Origin: Amoebophrya sp. A120
Taxonomy: Eukaryota > Protista > Dinoflagellata
DNA: 64,000 bases
Assembly (NCBI GenBank): GCA_905178155.1
Contig: CAJINV010000014.1
Span: 1,105,858-1,169,857, forward strand
Direction of reading: 5' to 3'
Positions 26,038 to 38,895 of the stretch are shown here, piece after piece (the stretch's first letter is position 1; every line of letters begins with the position of its first letter). Position numbers and translations under genes: made by a program. The notes beneath the pieces were generated by a model, which was not told the DNA's origin, ran no database searches, and worked only from the letters and a program-made list of their open reading frames with translations.

Positions 26038-26584
26038 AGAGGAGACGACGATCTTGAATGAAGATCTGTCGTCGTGTTTGGCGAACTTTTGTCAATGGTG
26101 TTTCAACATCCTGCGACGGAAGAGAACTTGAATCTGTTACAACCTCAAAGAGGGCAGTCGTGGACGAACGCCGCAAGAAATCTAGCGAGGGACGACAATG
26201 GATTGCTCACTGTACGTATTTCCAGTATAAAGGTGAAGTAGAGGATGAAAAACCACGATCGGAGGTGCAGCCTGTTTCGAGGCGATGGCCACCTCTTCGG
26301 TCCGCCCTGTCTAGAGTTGTTGCAGATTGCTGGATTTGTTCCATGACTTCTACTCTCTGTTTTCAATGGCGTCGGTTGTGCTCCGGAGGTCTAGTATTCG
26401 TCCAGCTTGGATTCGTCTACTTCTAGCCGATTAAGCAGTCGTAGTGTACGGACTTTTCGTCCCGACTAAAGTCTGCAGATCATGACACAACTGGATCCTA
26501 CACCCATTCTTTAGTAATAAGCAACTTCTCGTACTAGTGTTTTCTCTTACCGAACAAGAAGAATTCAAATTCTTATACCTTTAG

Positions 26585-28491
26585 GCAATTCAGAAATCAT
26601 GGACCAGCACGAGCAGTCGCAACGGGGCCGCAGTTCGGGGGTAACCAGTCTTACGAGCGCTGGTCTGCCGCCCTACCACCGAGGATCTACTGGGAGAAGC
26701 TCGTAGTTTTTGCATTCGTTTCATTTTGTTCGCGTATGCGTCTACTTCAGCTACTTCACTGAGCTCTTATATGCGTTCTATTCTAAACAGCTTTTGCTTT
26801 TGATGGTGCTGTGCCTGTTGCGATAATTCTGAAAATTTTTCTGAAACACGCTTTGCACCGTGCTTCTGAACGAATTATGATAAAACCAACTGCAGTATGA
26901 AAACCCAAAAAATCACAGCGCAACGGCCGCCAACTTGCCACCGACAGGGCAGCATCAGATGCAACACCCCAGCGCCGTGATCAGCACCAGCGGGGCCCCG
27001 CGTGGGGTCGAGCGCTCTACTACTTCAACAAGCCACGTGCGAGAGTTGAGTCAGAACAGGCTGCTTCACAGCAGACCACAGCAGATGATCAACTTGGTCG
27101 GCGATGTAGCTACAACTAGCAGTGCTCCTCGGGGGGATCATAATTTGCGGCATCAAAGCAACGTGGGCATAATTGGAAGCAACGGGACGGCGCAACATCA
27201 CCCCGGTGCTGGTATAATTACCAGTTTTAACACGTCAACCTCCGTTGCGGCCTCGAACGCCAGCACAGCATCCGCGATAAATGAGGAGCAGCGCGAAAGG
27301 TGGTGCCAGCAGATGGGTTTGTTGGACCAGCACAACATTGACGCCATGCGCTTCAACGCGCAGAAGGAGTTCTTGTTGCAACAAGCTGCGCTCGGGGGAA
27401 CAAAGACATCTTCCTCGAAATCCAGCCAGTATCAAGTCCTGCTCACAACCCTGTTGACCAAAATGAACCGGCGGACGCGAGAAATACGACAAGCGAGGGC
27501 AAACAGAAGGAAACATGCGTCCGGATTGGGTGTTCCAAATGGAAGCGGGAACAACAATCTGCTGAACAATTTAGGTTTTCACCGCCAGCAAAGACCAACT
27601 TCTTCCACACCGGGGTCTGCGATGAAGGGCAAGCGGAGTCAGGAGTTGGTGTGGGAAAGGGAAACGTATTTTCGGGAAATCGAGAAGAAGATCCGCAAAC
27701 TGAATCTCCCGATCGAGCAGGTTCTGCCCGTAGAGCTGATCGACTCGATTGAGGTGGTGGATGTCGAGCCGGAGCAGGCTGCGGGGAGCGTCTCTGGAGC
27801 TACAGTCGGGGCGGGTGGGGTTGACGGGGTTGTCGCTGGCGGGCAGCCAGTGCCGCAAGCAGGAAAACTTGCTGCCACTGCTAGCTCCGCGGGGGTAGTA
27901 GAGGACCATCTAGATGCTGACCGCAATGCACAGGGTCGCGCTGTTTCTGCAGAGTGCACCACCTCCACCGTAGAGAAGGGAGAGGCGCAGAACGAAATCG
28001 CGCAAAATAGGAAGCAGCGAGAGCATGCTCCTCTTGCAGGTACTTCTGTCCCCCCAGCGCGAGCCGCCGATGGTGTTGCGGAGCATAGTAGTGCCGACCA
28101 CAGGAGCATTTTGCAGGAGGAGCAAACGTCGAAAGCACTTTTTCCTGAACAAGAAAATCAGAAAGACGAGGAAGTTGTGTCTGTTCAGGAAAAGAAGAAA
28201 ATTTCCAACTCGTACCCGTTGCCGGAGGGAAAACGGTCGAGACGGACCGCTGCTGCAGGAAGCTGGATTTACAAATCGACAGAGGCGGAGTTTTATTCTG
28301 GGATGGATCCCGACGCGCAAAATTTGGAGAGTCATAAATCGAAAATCGTGTTTAACTGCAAGCGGGATCCGCGGTTTGTCGGGGTCTTTGATGTGAAACA
28401 GGCGGCGAAGATGGTGCTGTCAAGATGTCTGACCATATGTCCAACGCCTGAATTGCAAGAAGAGATTTTAGCCCGAGCACTGGGCGGATAG
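26585..28491 (+). CDS. Hypothetical low-complexity protein exons (own gene or 3' part of the J-domain gene)
   Basis: 518-aa ORF lacking ATG, preceded by an AG acceptor at about 26918 and an in-frame upstream exon at about 26585-26703. Confidence 0.55.
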
Positions 28492-28872
28492 TGCACGCGG
28501 ATGTTGATGATCATTGCACAGAATGATTGCGCACTCTCTGGAAAATTGTGAAAACACGTTGTGATAATGCTGGCAACATGCACGTCGATGCTCATTGAGA
28601 TTGAAGATTACTAGCGTAGGCACTGTTCTTGTGCTACGGCTCTCTCCGTTGTGTTCTTTGGGTCGCCCGGATTTGTTGTGTACGGACAAGAAGACCCCCT
28701 CTCAGTTTTTGAGAAGTCGTCGACGCCGCTCACCCCGTGGTCAAAGAAACAACACAGCGAATGCTATTCGCCTTCCCAAAAACAAAAGTCTTCCCTTTAG
28801 GTGGCAGTACTCCAAAGAGTAGCCTGCTTTGTGCCAAACCCACTATCTAACTAACTCTACAATATCACCATC

Positions 28873-31800
28873 ATGATGAATCCGGGCGCAGTCCCAACCC
28901 AGCAGGCCCCGAACAACCCTGCCTCTACGCCTCACCCCGGCACCAGCTCCTCCTCGTCGAAGAAGATATACGTGGACGAGCCGCCCTTGGGGACTTTGAT
29001 CTACATTCACGCCTCTACCCGGGCGTGCAACACCGGCCGCACCGATGTCGACTACCACGGTATGTACGGCGTGGTCGTTCGCGAGGGCGAGCTGCTGCTC
29101 GACAGGGTAACCGGGAAAGAGGACATATCCAAGAAAAAAACTGTGTTAGTGTAACTTTCGTTGGCTGACAGCGTGACAAATTTGCTCTACATGACATAGA
29201 AAACCTGTCATGCGTGATTTGTAAGGGAAAACACACACGAAGAGAGGACTGCGTAGCTGTCTGGTATGACAGGTGTATACTCTGTTGCATGTTCTGCATC
29301 ACAGATTTACACTTACACAGTTTTTTTCTTGCATAGGACAACGAGAAGTACTTCCTGATCCGCCTGCTTTTCCTGGATGACGAGGAGGACAGTGACGTCA
29401 GCTACTTTTCCAATTGTGGTCTTCTTCCTTGTGGACAAGACTCGAGGGCGGCCAGTAAAACGACAAATAGCGAAACAACTACGACGAGCACGAGTAGTTC
29501 TTCTGCAAGAAGTGCGCAAGAGGAGGAAACAAGAAGCGACGCAGGAACTGCAGCAGCTCCAGCAATACCTGCCGCAAAAGAAGAACTACACACCACCATC
29601 GACCCTCTCACCTCGCCGTGCTTTGTCCGCCTGAAGCGCTCTACCTTTGCGATTTACCCGCTCTACGTTCTCATTTCCGCAAGAATATCGGTTCACGAGG
29701 ACGTGCGCCGGCTGAAGCGGTGCGTGCAGAGCGTTCTGGAAAACAGCTGCGACTTAGACGAGTATCTGCAATTGGTGTCTACTACCGCTGCTGCTGCACC
29801 GGAAGAAGTTACTAATGTGAATACCAGCAAGGGTTTTCGAGCAGCGGGCGCTTCATCAACAACAGTTCTCGCTCGATCCGCGCCCAGTCCCTGGAACTTG
29901 ATCCGTCCGTGGGTGCGCATTAGCTTTAACCTGGCCGACGGCAGCGACGCAGTGTTTCGCGATACCGTCTCGGACTCGGAGCAGACGGAGGACGAAGAAT
30001 TTGGGAACGACGTGAAGGACTTGATTGAGCAGGAGTTTGACTGCTTCACGTTCGGAAACACGACCAAAGGTGGAGCGCCAAAAACTAACACATCCTACAA
30101 GTACAACGACCAGCTGCAGGTGGTTAACTACCAAAAGGGTGTGCTCGCGGAGCACTTCCGGATCTTCTTCGGCCAAGCCTGCAACTGCGGCAGTGTCCCG
30201 GTCTATCCAAGAAAAAAAAAGTGTTAGTGTAAATATTTTGGGAAAACAGCATCACAAGTTTGTCTGCAATGCCAGGAAAAACTTGTTATGCGCAGATAGG
30301 AAGGGAAAACACATAGACAGCGAGCCGATCATGCATGTCGAGCATGACAAGTGTAAGTGTTTTGCATTTTCTGCATCACAGATTTACACTTACACAGTTT
30401 TTTTCTTGCATACGGTCGCGAAGCCCTGTCCGCAGAAATTCCCCACGTTCACGACAATACCCCTTGACGCGAAGAGGTACGGCTTCGATTTGCAGCACGC
30501 GTGGGTGACCTTCCAAGAGCCGGAGGACGTGAGCGGGCCGAGCAGGTTCGTGGATTTCGTGAAGACGTATCTGTTATCAACTGCAAATGTGTCTGGGTCT
30601 GGACGAAGAACGCAACTTGTGATGCTGGTGCTGCATTTGGATGTCAAAAAAATCTGTATTGCATCAGCAGCAAAAGGAATCTAACTTTTGCTACCCGGAG
30701 AGGGCATTTTTCATGCGGAATTGGCATCAAGAAGCCCTCAAAAAATCTGTGATGCTAGGGCATGCATCACAGACATCATGGGTCATGCAAAACGTGCACG
30801 ACAAGTCTGAGAATCTTCCAGACCCAGACATATTTGCACTTGATATCTGTCGGCATTGCAGAGGCGGGAGAAATTCTACCTGTTTGCGCTGAAGCAGTAC
30901 TGGACGGACGAATCAGATGTGTTGTTGCAGCCGGCAGCCCAACACCCACCAGGGGGAAATAACACTACAACCCCCGGGATGTTGAGCAGTAGCAATGGAA
31001 ACGTCAGAAAAAATCCAATGATGAACTCGTCACTGATTGTCAAACACCCTCGAACGGTGGTAGAAGTGCAGGAGAGACTAGCCCACAGCAGACCGAAGGC
31101 GTTGCTTTTGAAAGGGTTTTTGAAGGACCACGACGGTGCGACGAGGGTGAAAACGCGCGAACACGAAACGGCCGGGGGTGGTAATCCATTCAGTACAACC
31201 ACCACGCCTACGACCAGTGGTTGTGGTGCAGTGCCGCCGCAGCGATCGCAGAGACAGCCTGTAGCCGAAGTGCAGCCATTGTGCAAGCAGCAGATCACGT
31301 ATCGGAACTTCCACGACAGCAACGACCTGGTCCCGATTTTCGCTCTGTTCGCCCGTGCGAATTTGGTGCAGGAATTTTTCGCGAAAGCCGGCAAGTACAC
31401 ACTACGGTCCGACTACAGCTATTCGGCCATTTCCTCGTTTCTCGTGAAGTATTTCGATTTCCAGCATTCCCTAGTCGCCGCTGGGGAAATGGTTCCGTTG
31501 TTTGACTCCTTCGGACAGAGTATCGCGATGAACATTGAAAAGATGAACGGGCCGCCCATTGTGCCGCCGGGGATCGGCTGGGTCGAGAGCTTTGGTGGGG
31601 GTTCTTGCGGACCCTGGTTATCGACCGCGAGAGCTCCTGCCCAGGACTTGTCGTCGTGTTCTACGAAGACAAAGCAGAGAAGTCAACTTCTCACGCCGTC
31701 GAGCAGCAACACGAATTTCCACTACTTCAAGTCCGTACCGTTGTGCCAGGGGTGTAACAAGCAGAAGATCTGCCACCCGAACCTGGTCCGTTCTTCCGTG

Positions 31801-33092
31801 CAGATCCGGGACATGAGCCACTTGAAAGCGAACTTCATCGACAAAAGGGTGATCCTTCCCCAGTTTATATCCTATGTAAAAACGTTCCCGCCCCATAGTC
31901 AGGATGGGAAGTCCACGAGTTTTGGCTGTTTTGCATGACAAATTTGGACTCGTAGTGTAGTGCTGTTTGAGGTAGTTCAGCAGCGTAAAAGATCTAGTGC
32001 ATCATGCTGATTGGAGCGCCACAAATTCCAAAACGCGACTAGAAAATGTGTCTCATGGGGCTTCGCATAAGAAACGTTCCCAGCATGTAGATCTTCACTA
32101 CAACTATGGGGGGGGGACATTTTTGAATACGATTGTTTAACACCTTTTTCAAGCAGGAACCCTTGCAGCATCAGGCGCTGCTCGACCGATATTTGATTCT
32201 CGGGAAGAAGCAACAGGTGGCAGAACCCGTGCCCTTGGTGGAAGAGGCGCAGAAGATTTTGAGCAAAGTGAACCTCGAAGCGAGGCACTTCTTCCCCAAT
32301 GCGGACGTGATCAAGGTGAGAAGGGAACTGGAAGCAATCCTGGTCCAGCATGTGCATTTGCTTTCCGCCGGACAGCTGACAAAAGTGCAGGTGATGCTGC
32401 AGGGAGGTGTTGGCGGTGCTGTCCCGGGCGGAGTAGCGGCTGGGGGGAGCAATGGAGTGGCTATCGGGGGCGCTGTGGATCAAAGTGGCACAATAAAGCC
32501 AGAAGAAGTTGTGGCGGGCGTCAACGTTGTCGAGATTAATGGGGCAGCGCCTGGCCCTTCCCCGGGTGTCGTGCGGATTGTACCTCAGCAAAACGGCGGA
32601 GGAGCTTCCGTCGGCGCTGGGGTCGCGTCTGCTGCAGTTCCTGCAGCCGTCAACGGAGCGTCAACAGCAGCGGGGCCACAAGTTAGCGCAAGTGACAGTG
32701 GTGGCGCAACTACCTCTGCTGGTGCTTCCTCTACTTCATCCACCATTCAATCCGCAGTCCGCATGCCGAAGCTCGACCCGGAGCTGTTTTGCTCCGTCCT
32801 CCTGCAGTCAAACCCGGGTCGGTTCGAGTTTGCGAGGCCGAAGGAGGGCAGACAGAGCGAATTCTTCTGGTACCAGTTTCGCTGGCGGTTGTGGTTAAAG
32901 TTTTTTCTGCCTGCGATCTCGTACCTGCTGTGTGATCAAATGAACATTCCGACCTTCATGGCCCTGGACACTTTTCGAAGAAAATTTCAGGCAGAGTCGA
33001 AGAAGCGCTGCTTCAAGTGCAGAAGCTTTGCACTCGTGAAATTAGAACAAATCTTCAATACGAAGTTGAACCAATGCGAGAAGGCTTCGTGA
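28873..33092 (+). CDS. Large hypothetical protein interrupted by four introners
   Basis: ORFs 28873, 29703, 30025 (part), 30856 and 32133 form one frame after removing elements 29126, 30204, 30575 and 31868 plus one TSD each. Confidence 0.75.
29126..29335. mobile_element. Introner family B (opposite orientation to 21504)
   Basis: TATCCAAGAAAAAAACTGTG / CACAGTTTTTTTCTTGCATA; TSD GGACA/GGACA. Confidence 0.95.
30204..30412. mobile_element. Introner family B
   Basis: Family B TIRs; TSD CGGTC/CGGTC. Confidence 0.95.
30575..30845. mobile_element. Introner family A
   Basis: Family A TIRs; TSD TCTGT/TCTGT. Confidence 0.95.
31868..32134. mobile_element. Introner family G (right end mutated to ATT)
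   Basis: TATCCTATGTAAAAACGTTCCCGCCCCATAG / CTATGGGGGGGGGACATTTTTGAATACGATT; TSD GTTTA/GTTTA; joined reading PQFNTFFKQEP. Confidence 0.85.
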
Positions 33093-33492
33093 ACAAGAGC
33101 TGTGTTAGCTCTGATGTTTCTTTGAAGTTTTATGGAAATTCATATTCAAAATTTTGTAAAAGAAGCAACTGCAAGTGCAAATGAAGCACCGCCATGAGCG
33201 CAGCGCAGAACTTGAGTGATGATCTTTATTTTGCGCCCGCTGAAGTATCGCGAGCGTTGTTCTTCGCGATTTTCTCCAGCCAGTGTTCTTTTGATACATA
33301 TTAGAAATAGAACGCTGGCGGCCGTTTCTCGTCCATCTCCGTGTTTATCTCGTCTGCAGTGGTCTCAGTGTTCCGCACGGCACGGCGTGTCTGCGTTTCT
33401 TCAAATATGGGGAGCGAAATGAGACAGAGCAGGCCAGGCTTCCTAGGGGCATGAGGGTTGCGCGAGGCCTCCGCCAATATAACACTCACAAG

Positions 33493-34533
33493 ATGCGCCG
33501 TTTTTTCAGATCTTTGTTGCCGAGCGGCAGCACGCCTGCTCTGCTGACAGACCTATTCTGGCGAAAGCCTTGCTTGCAGCAGCCTCTCCTGCAGCGTCGC
33601 TTTACCTCTGATTCCGCCTGCCACCGTACTACCCCAAGCGGCACACCAAGTTATTTAAATGCTTCGCTTCAACACTCTTCCGCCGTCCGCGGCAGAGATA
33701 AGCACCCGCTTACTCGCCTTATCCGCAGAATTACAGCCGGTAATAAAAAGAGAGCGCAGCAGCACCACGCCCGGCTCTTCACAACGGACCGCAAAAGCCA
33801 GCGAGATTTTTATGACGTTACACCCCCCAGCACCACGACCGCAACCAGCTCCCTCGCCGACGATATTGAACACAATCCGACGGCGTTCGGAAAGATTCTG
33901 CGAAACGAAAAGCCCGCAGAGCAGATTTTGTACGAAGATACCGAGTTTCTCGCGTTCAAAAATATCAAGCCCTACGCCCCGCTGGCTGGCTTGATTATCC
34001 CGAAACGACGGGTGAGGCAGGACCCGATGAATCTGCCGAAAGACGATTTTCATTTGAATCTAGTGGAAAAAATGCGAGCGATTGGTTTAAAGCTTGCGAG
34101 AAAGCACCTGGATGTTGCTGCAGTGTCGCGTCGGGGCGTCTCGCTCGGACAGCAGGACGTCAGTAATCAACATAGCTGTACTACAAATGCCAAAAACACA
34201 AACGCATCAGGTTTGCTTCCGTTTTCCGTTTCAGAGAAACCAGATTTCGACGAGAATGATTTTTGGTTAAAGTTTCACCTTCCACCTTACAATACGGTGG
34301 ACCACCTGCATTTGCACGTCTTGGCGCCCGTGAGCCAGATAAGAAAGTGGCATACTATTACGATTTTCACTGATCCTGCAAAAGCGTGCGATGTGGCAGA
34401 CGTGTTAGATAGGCTGCGAAATACTGACAATGAGAGCTCTCCAAGCAATAGCTTCAACGAATCTTCTCTCGTCGACCTCTTGGCCGCGATCTTGGCGCGC
34501 CCGCTGGTTGTCAGCGTTTTCTTTTTCGTGTAA
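33493..34533 (+). CDS. HIT-family (HINT3-like) nucleotide hydrolase with N-terminal extension
   Basis: TAFGKIL..ILYEDTEFLAFKNIKPYAP..LIIPK and FHLPPYNTVDHLHLHVL (histidine triad). Confidence 0.85.
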   Translation: MRRFFRSLLPSGSTPALLTDLFWRKPCLQQPLLQRRFTSDSACHRTTPSGTPSYLNASLQHSSAVRGRDKHPLTRLIRRITAGNKKRAQQHHARLFTTDRKSQRDFYDVTPPSTTTATSSLADDIEHNPTAFGKILRNEKPAEQILYEDTEFLAFKNIKPYAPLAGLIIPKRRVRQDPMNLPKDDFHLNLVEKMRAIGLKLARKHLDVAAVSRRGVSLGQQDVSNQHSCTTNAKNTNASGLLPFSVSEKPDFDENDFWLKFHLPPYNTVDHLHLHVLAPVSQIRKWHTITIFTDPAKACDVADVLDRLRNTDNESSPSNSFNESSLVDLLAAILARPLVVSVFFFV

Positions 34534-34763
34534 TTTGTGTTAAATTTCTTGCCATCGTTTTACCTGGGCCTGATAGATCAAGACGAAGCTGTTTTCAATC
34601 TTTGAGAAGATCGTGTTCAAATGCAGCTCCGGTTTCGCTTTGGATCTGTCGTCGCCACGAGGATCATGAACGAAGTCGCGTTGATCCTCCATGTCAGTCT
34701 AGGTGTGTATGTTGTATGATTCTGCGCGGTGTTGTGACATGGTATGTGACCGGCCGAACGACC

Positions 34764-37700
34764 ATGAAGGCCTTTTTTCACCTCTCCCTACTCTGCACTT
34801 TCTTCACCTTTCGTCTGGTGTTGTTTTCCAAAAACTTTGAACTGGTGTTTTCGGAAACTACTCCCGAAAAAGACGCCAGTCTAACCAGCAGTGACAAGGC
34901 CACCACTTCTTCTAAGGGTTCGTCGAAGAAGGAGTCCTCGATAAGAAAGGGGAAGACGAGGAAAAAGACCCGCAATTCTCAGCTCCCGGATTCATCGACG
35001 AGCAATATGGCCATCTTCCGCAGGAAACACCATCGAGTCCAGCATCTTCCGCAGGAAACACCATTAGCAATATGGTTCCATCGAGTCCAGCATCTGGGCC
35101 ATCTTCCGCAGGAAACATGAGGCTGTCCCGCTGCCCAAAATCGCGGCGGGCACCGTACTATGCGTGGCAAAAGTATCGCACTCGTATAAAAAAGGCGAGT
35201 CTAGCATTAGACAGATCTCCTTTCTTACCTGAATCCGCATGACAAAAAAAAATTGTCACGCAATTCATACTAGTAAAGATACTTTTGCATTGCATACGTA
35301 CACAGACTCCATCTCCTTGGCGGAGAGAGAGAGCGCTAAATCCGGGCAGTAGCGGTCCACGAACTGGTACACCCCCAGCGTGTGGCTCTGCTCGTCGCGG
35401 TTATTGTGAGGAAAAATCCCCTCTCCCCATATCGAATAAAAGGCGTGCTTTTCAAAATTTGCGCTGCGGCTTTGTGGTCACAAATCGAGTCTGTCTTGCA
35501 AGAGGGCAACGCCAGAGCTTCCGCCGCATTTCGCAGGCGATTTGTCACGCTGCTGCGCCAATGCGGCAGACGTCTGCCATGCTAAGTGACTACCTCAAGC
35601 CACCCCTTCCCGGGCTTTGCATCTGCCTGCAGTGCTCTACTGCAAGACAAAGCTGATTTGTGTACGCAAATACAGCGTGACAGACTTCCCTTTCGATATG
35701 GGGAGGGGGGATTTTTCATTTTGATAGCGGTCCATGTTTTGCTCCAAATAGGTCCGGAACCCAGTGTAGGTGTCCTTCATCATGGGCAGGGTGCGCCCGA
35801 GCCGCATCTGCGCGGCGGGGCTGATCGTGGTCAACCGGGGCCGGTGGTCCTCGTAGGTCATTTCGCGGTGCCGCGGCGGGGAGTGCCACTGGTTCTGGTA
35901 CTTCTGCGGGTACGAACTGATGTACTTCGCGGAGTCGGCGAAGTCCAGCCTATGGATTGCAAACGTAGCTAGATGTCTGGAAAGAACTTGTAATGCTGAA
36001 TGGTCATGATTGCCTGTGCCTGTGAGTGCAGTGCAGCATGACAAATGTTTGTTCAAACGCTTTCTCATGCGCAGAACGCAGTAGTACAAAGTGCACTTTC
36101 GCATGCCGAGAAGTTGTAGAGTGTGGCACGACTTTATTTGCTGCTTATGCAATACAGATTTTTTAGGAATGTGAAAAATGCAATACAGGCTCAAGAACCT
36201 TTCCAGACCCAGATCGATATTTGCAATGCATACAGGCGAAAGGGAAACCACTCCTCGGCGATCATGGTGTATCCTGTGCAAAAGTATCGTATTCGTATAA
36301 ATGCAAGTCTTGCATTACAAATTTTTTTCTCAAAGTAAATCAGCATGACAAATTTCATTTCTCATGCTGAGAAAATTTGTAATGCATTTATACGAGTACG
36401 ATACTTTTGCAGTTCATATGGTGTCATCCATCACAATGTGTAGTTTTTCCTCGCAGAACTCTTTCGCCTCCTTTTCCAGCCGGTCCTCCCGCACACCCAC
36501 CTCTTTCGTACAAACAATGTGGTCGAAGAAACTGTGCACTTCCTTCAGAAACGACACGAAATCCAGCTCGGAGCAAAAGAGCAGGTCGGGGGGGGAGGAC
36601 GAAGATGATGTAGTTGTTGTGAGAGAAGATGAGGCACCAGCGGCTCCACCAGCCACCGTGGGGAGTTGCATGATCTTGGACGTTGTCGACGAGGTTCTAC
36701 TGTTCTTCGTGTCCTTCTCCTTCCTGGAAGCTGCAACATGCTGTTGTTGTCCGGTAATATTATTCGAAGATGCAGTATTGAGTCCACCGGAGGTGGAACA
36801 CGAATTGGCACAAGAACTACTGGATGAATTTTTGCTAGTCTCCCGCTGTACACTCGCGACACGGGCCTCCAGATCATCGATCTCTCCTTCCATAAGAGTC
36901 CAGCATCTGGGCCATCTTCCGCAGGAAACACCAGGCTGTCCCGGCCGAAAGACCTGCGTGCGTACTTGCCGAACCTGGCAGACAAGAGCAGATACGAGTT
37001 GGTAAAATCGTCCGAGAACGGCAACGACTTTGGCTATCTGTTGTTCAAACCCGATGTTGTAGATACTGACGCAGGTAATTCGTCTGCGACGAAGCACTAT
37101 CCCCTCATCGTCTTTCTTCACGGCGCGGGTGAGTCTGGGACTGGGGAGGAACCTGAAGGGGTCCTGCAGATGGGGCTCACCGGTTCGTTGCCGAGCATTC
37201 TGGCGGATCATTTACAAATCATTGCCGATAAAAATGACGATAAAAGAACATCAGAAGAAGTCCCTTACTCCGCCGACCCACTGAGCGCAACCTCCATGCC
37301 GGAAGTGCCGTTTGAAACTTTGGAAATAAAACAGTCGATCTACGAGTTGCTGCGGCAAAATTTTTTCGTGTTGTCGCCACGGACCAATCGGGGCTGGTCC
37401 GGCCGGAAAGTCCGAAACTTTGTGGTGAACTTCGTGAAAAAGTGGAACAGCAGCAGCAACAAAAGCCAGAAGATCGACATTACCCGGATTCACGTAACTG
37501 GTCCTTCCATGGGCGGCGCAGGGACGTTCTCCGCCGCGAACATCGGCGCGCCGGCGATTTTCGCTACTTGTGTCCCCATTTGCGCGGCGGGGGGCGTGAT
37601 CGCGGAGAATTTTCCCCTGGCGGAGACGAACGTGTGGGCCTGGCACGCGGTGAACGATGAGGTGGTGCCCGTGACGGTTTCCGACGAAGCGATCCAGGCG

Positions 37701-37991
37701 CTGGAGACTGTTGCGAAGAAGAGGAACATGAATGGTACTAAAACTGCAGTCAACGGTGCTATCAAATACACGAGAGAACCACACGCCCCGGCCCCCGCGG
37801 GGTGGCCGCACTACCCCGGGCACGCGGGCTGGATGTCAACGTATCGATCGAAGGAATTGTACAGCTGGATGTTAAAAAGTAAACTGGAAATGAGCGAGGG
37901 ATTGAAGAAACTATTTGAAGTTGATAGTACTTCTGCTACGACAGCAGACGGAAATTTATCCAAGAGGACGAAGAAAGATAATGAATTGTGA
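34764..37991 (+). CDS. Secreted/ER alpha/beta hydrolase (carboxylesterase or predicted peptidase type); signal-peptide exon separated from the catalytic exon by a 1.8-kb insertion
   Basis: Catalytic ORF 36966-37991: IVFLHGAGE, GPSMGG nucleophile elbow, HAVNDEVVP, GHAGW, C-terminal DNEL; no in-frame ATG before the domain; leader MKAFFHLSLLCTFF at 34764. Confidence 0.7.
34979..36893 (-). CDS. Nested antisense hypothetical protein with four introners
   Basis: MEGEIDDLE...VMDDT|MIAEEWFPFRL|DFADSAKY...NMDR|DEQSHTLGVYQFVDRYCP...CV|RCPP reads continuously after removing elements 36270, 35951, 35402 and 35159. Confidence 0.7.
35083..35130 (+). repeat. 48-bp direct repeat, left copy (partner 36896-36943)
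   Basis: GAGTCCAGCATCTGGGCCATCTTCCGCAGGAAACA(TG/CC)AGGCTGTCCCG, 46/48 identical. Confidence 0.92.
35159..35296. mobile_element. Introner family E
   Basis: TATGCGTGGCAAAAGTATC / GATACTTTTGCATTGCATA; TSD CGTAC/CGTAC. Confidence 0.92.
35402..35726. mobile_element. Introner family C
   Basis: Family C TIRs; TSD GCGGT/GCGGT. Confidence 0.93.
35951..36232. mobile_element. Introner family A (divergent)
   Basis: TATGGATTGCAAA..GTCTGGAAAG / CTTTCCAGACCCAG..TTTGCAATGCATA; TSD CAGCC/CAGGC. Confidence 0.88.
36270..36418. mobile_element. Introner family E
   Basis: TATCCTGTGCAAAAGTATCGTA / TACGATACTTTTGCAGTTCATA; TSD TGGTG/TGGTG. Confidence 0.92.
36896..36943 (+). repeat. 48-bp direct repeat, right copy
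   Basis: Matches 35083-35130; in frame with the hydrolase ORF (SPASGPSSAGNTRLSRPKDL). Confidence 0.92.
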
Positions 37992-38895
37992 AACCAGCTG
38001 CATCTTGACGACAGGCTCGTTGCTAGACAAAAAGAATCACTTGAGCACTGCAGGTGGACCGCTGTGATGTTCGTTCGGAGTAGTTGCCATCAAGACGTAA
38101 GGACAGAAGTCTAGTACTCGCTCTTGGTGCAATCTATCGGTCCTGATTCAGATGCCCTTCGCTGCGGAAGTTTTTGATGTAAGGTCGCCTTGTTACCGTA
38201 CCAGTTTCAACATATCGAACGATTTGGAACGGCAAAACAGATTAGAGCAATGAATGCGCTTCGGTAGTCGTACACAGCCAGTCGCTGTCGCGCTAGTACT
38301 AAAACAAGAATGATTTCGGTTCGTTCAAAAAGTTTGGTGGCAGTCGGTGCAATCGTGCAAAACCATACACAAGAAAACTTTCGCCTTTCGCTGTCGCCGC
38401 TTTCGTCCTTCTTTCAACGTCGTAGCAGTGGTCCTCGTGAAGATAGAACAAAACAAGGACGAATCTTGTTCGAAAACCACTTTAAAACCACAGGTCCCAC
38501 ATCAGCCTCCTTTTTCTGTTTGGAAAAAGTGCTGCCCCAAATCTATATTTTACTTACTACGAAGTCTAAGTAAGTCTAACGCTGCTCATCACGTACTTGC
38601 GATGCAGGTTAGACAGAGGATAGGAGCGCGAGAATTATCTTTCACGCTTTTAATACAACTAGCAACAGCAAGCATCATGCTCGATTCTTCTTACTGCATG
38701 TAGTGACATGTTATAGAAGGTCGGGCTTTCTTTTTATTTGTGGCAGAAGCAGTCCTTATGCTTATCGTTATCTCTGCACAAAAGTTCTCTAGGTTTCATC
38801 TTCCAGACACGACAAATCCAACGCCAGACACACATCAGGCTCCAACTAGTGCCTGTTTTTACGTAAAACCGCTTCTAAGTAGATAGCTAGAAACC

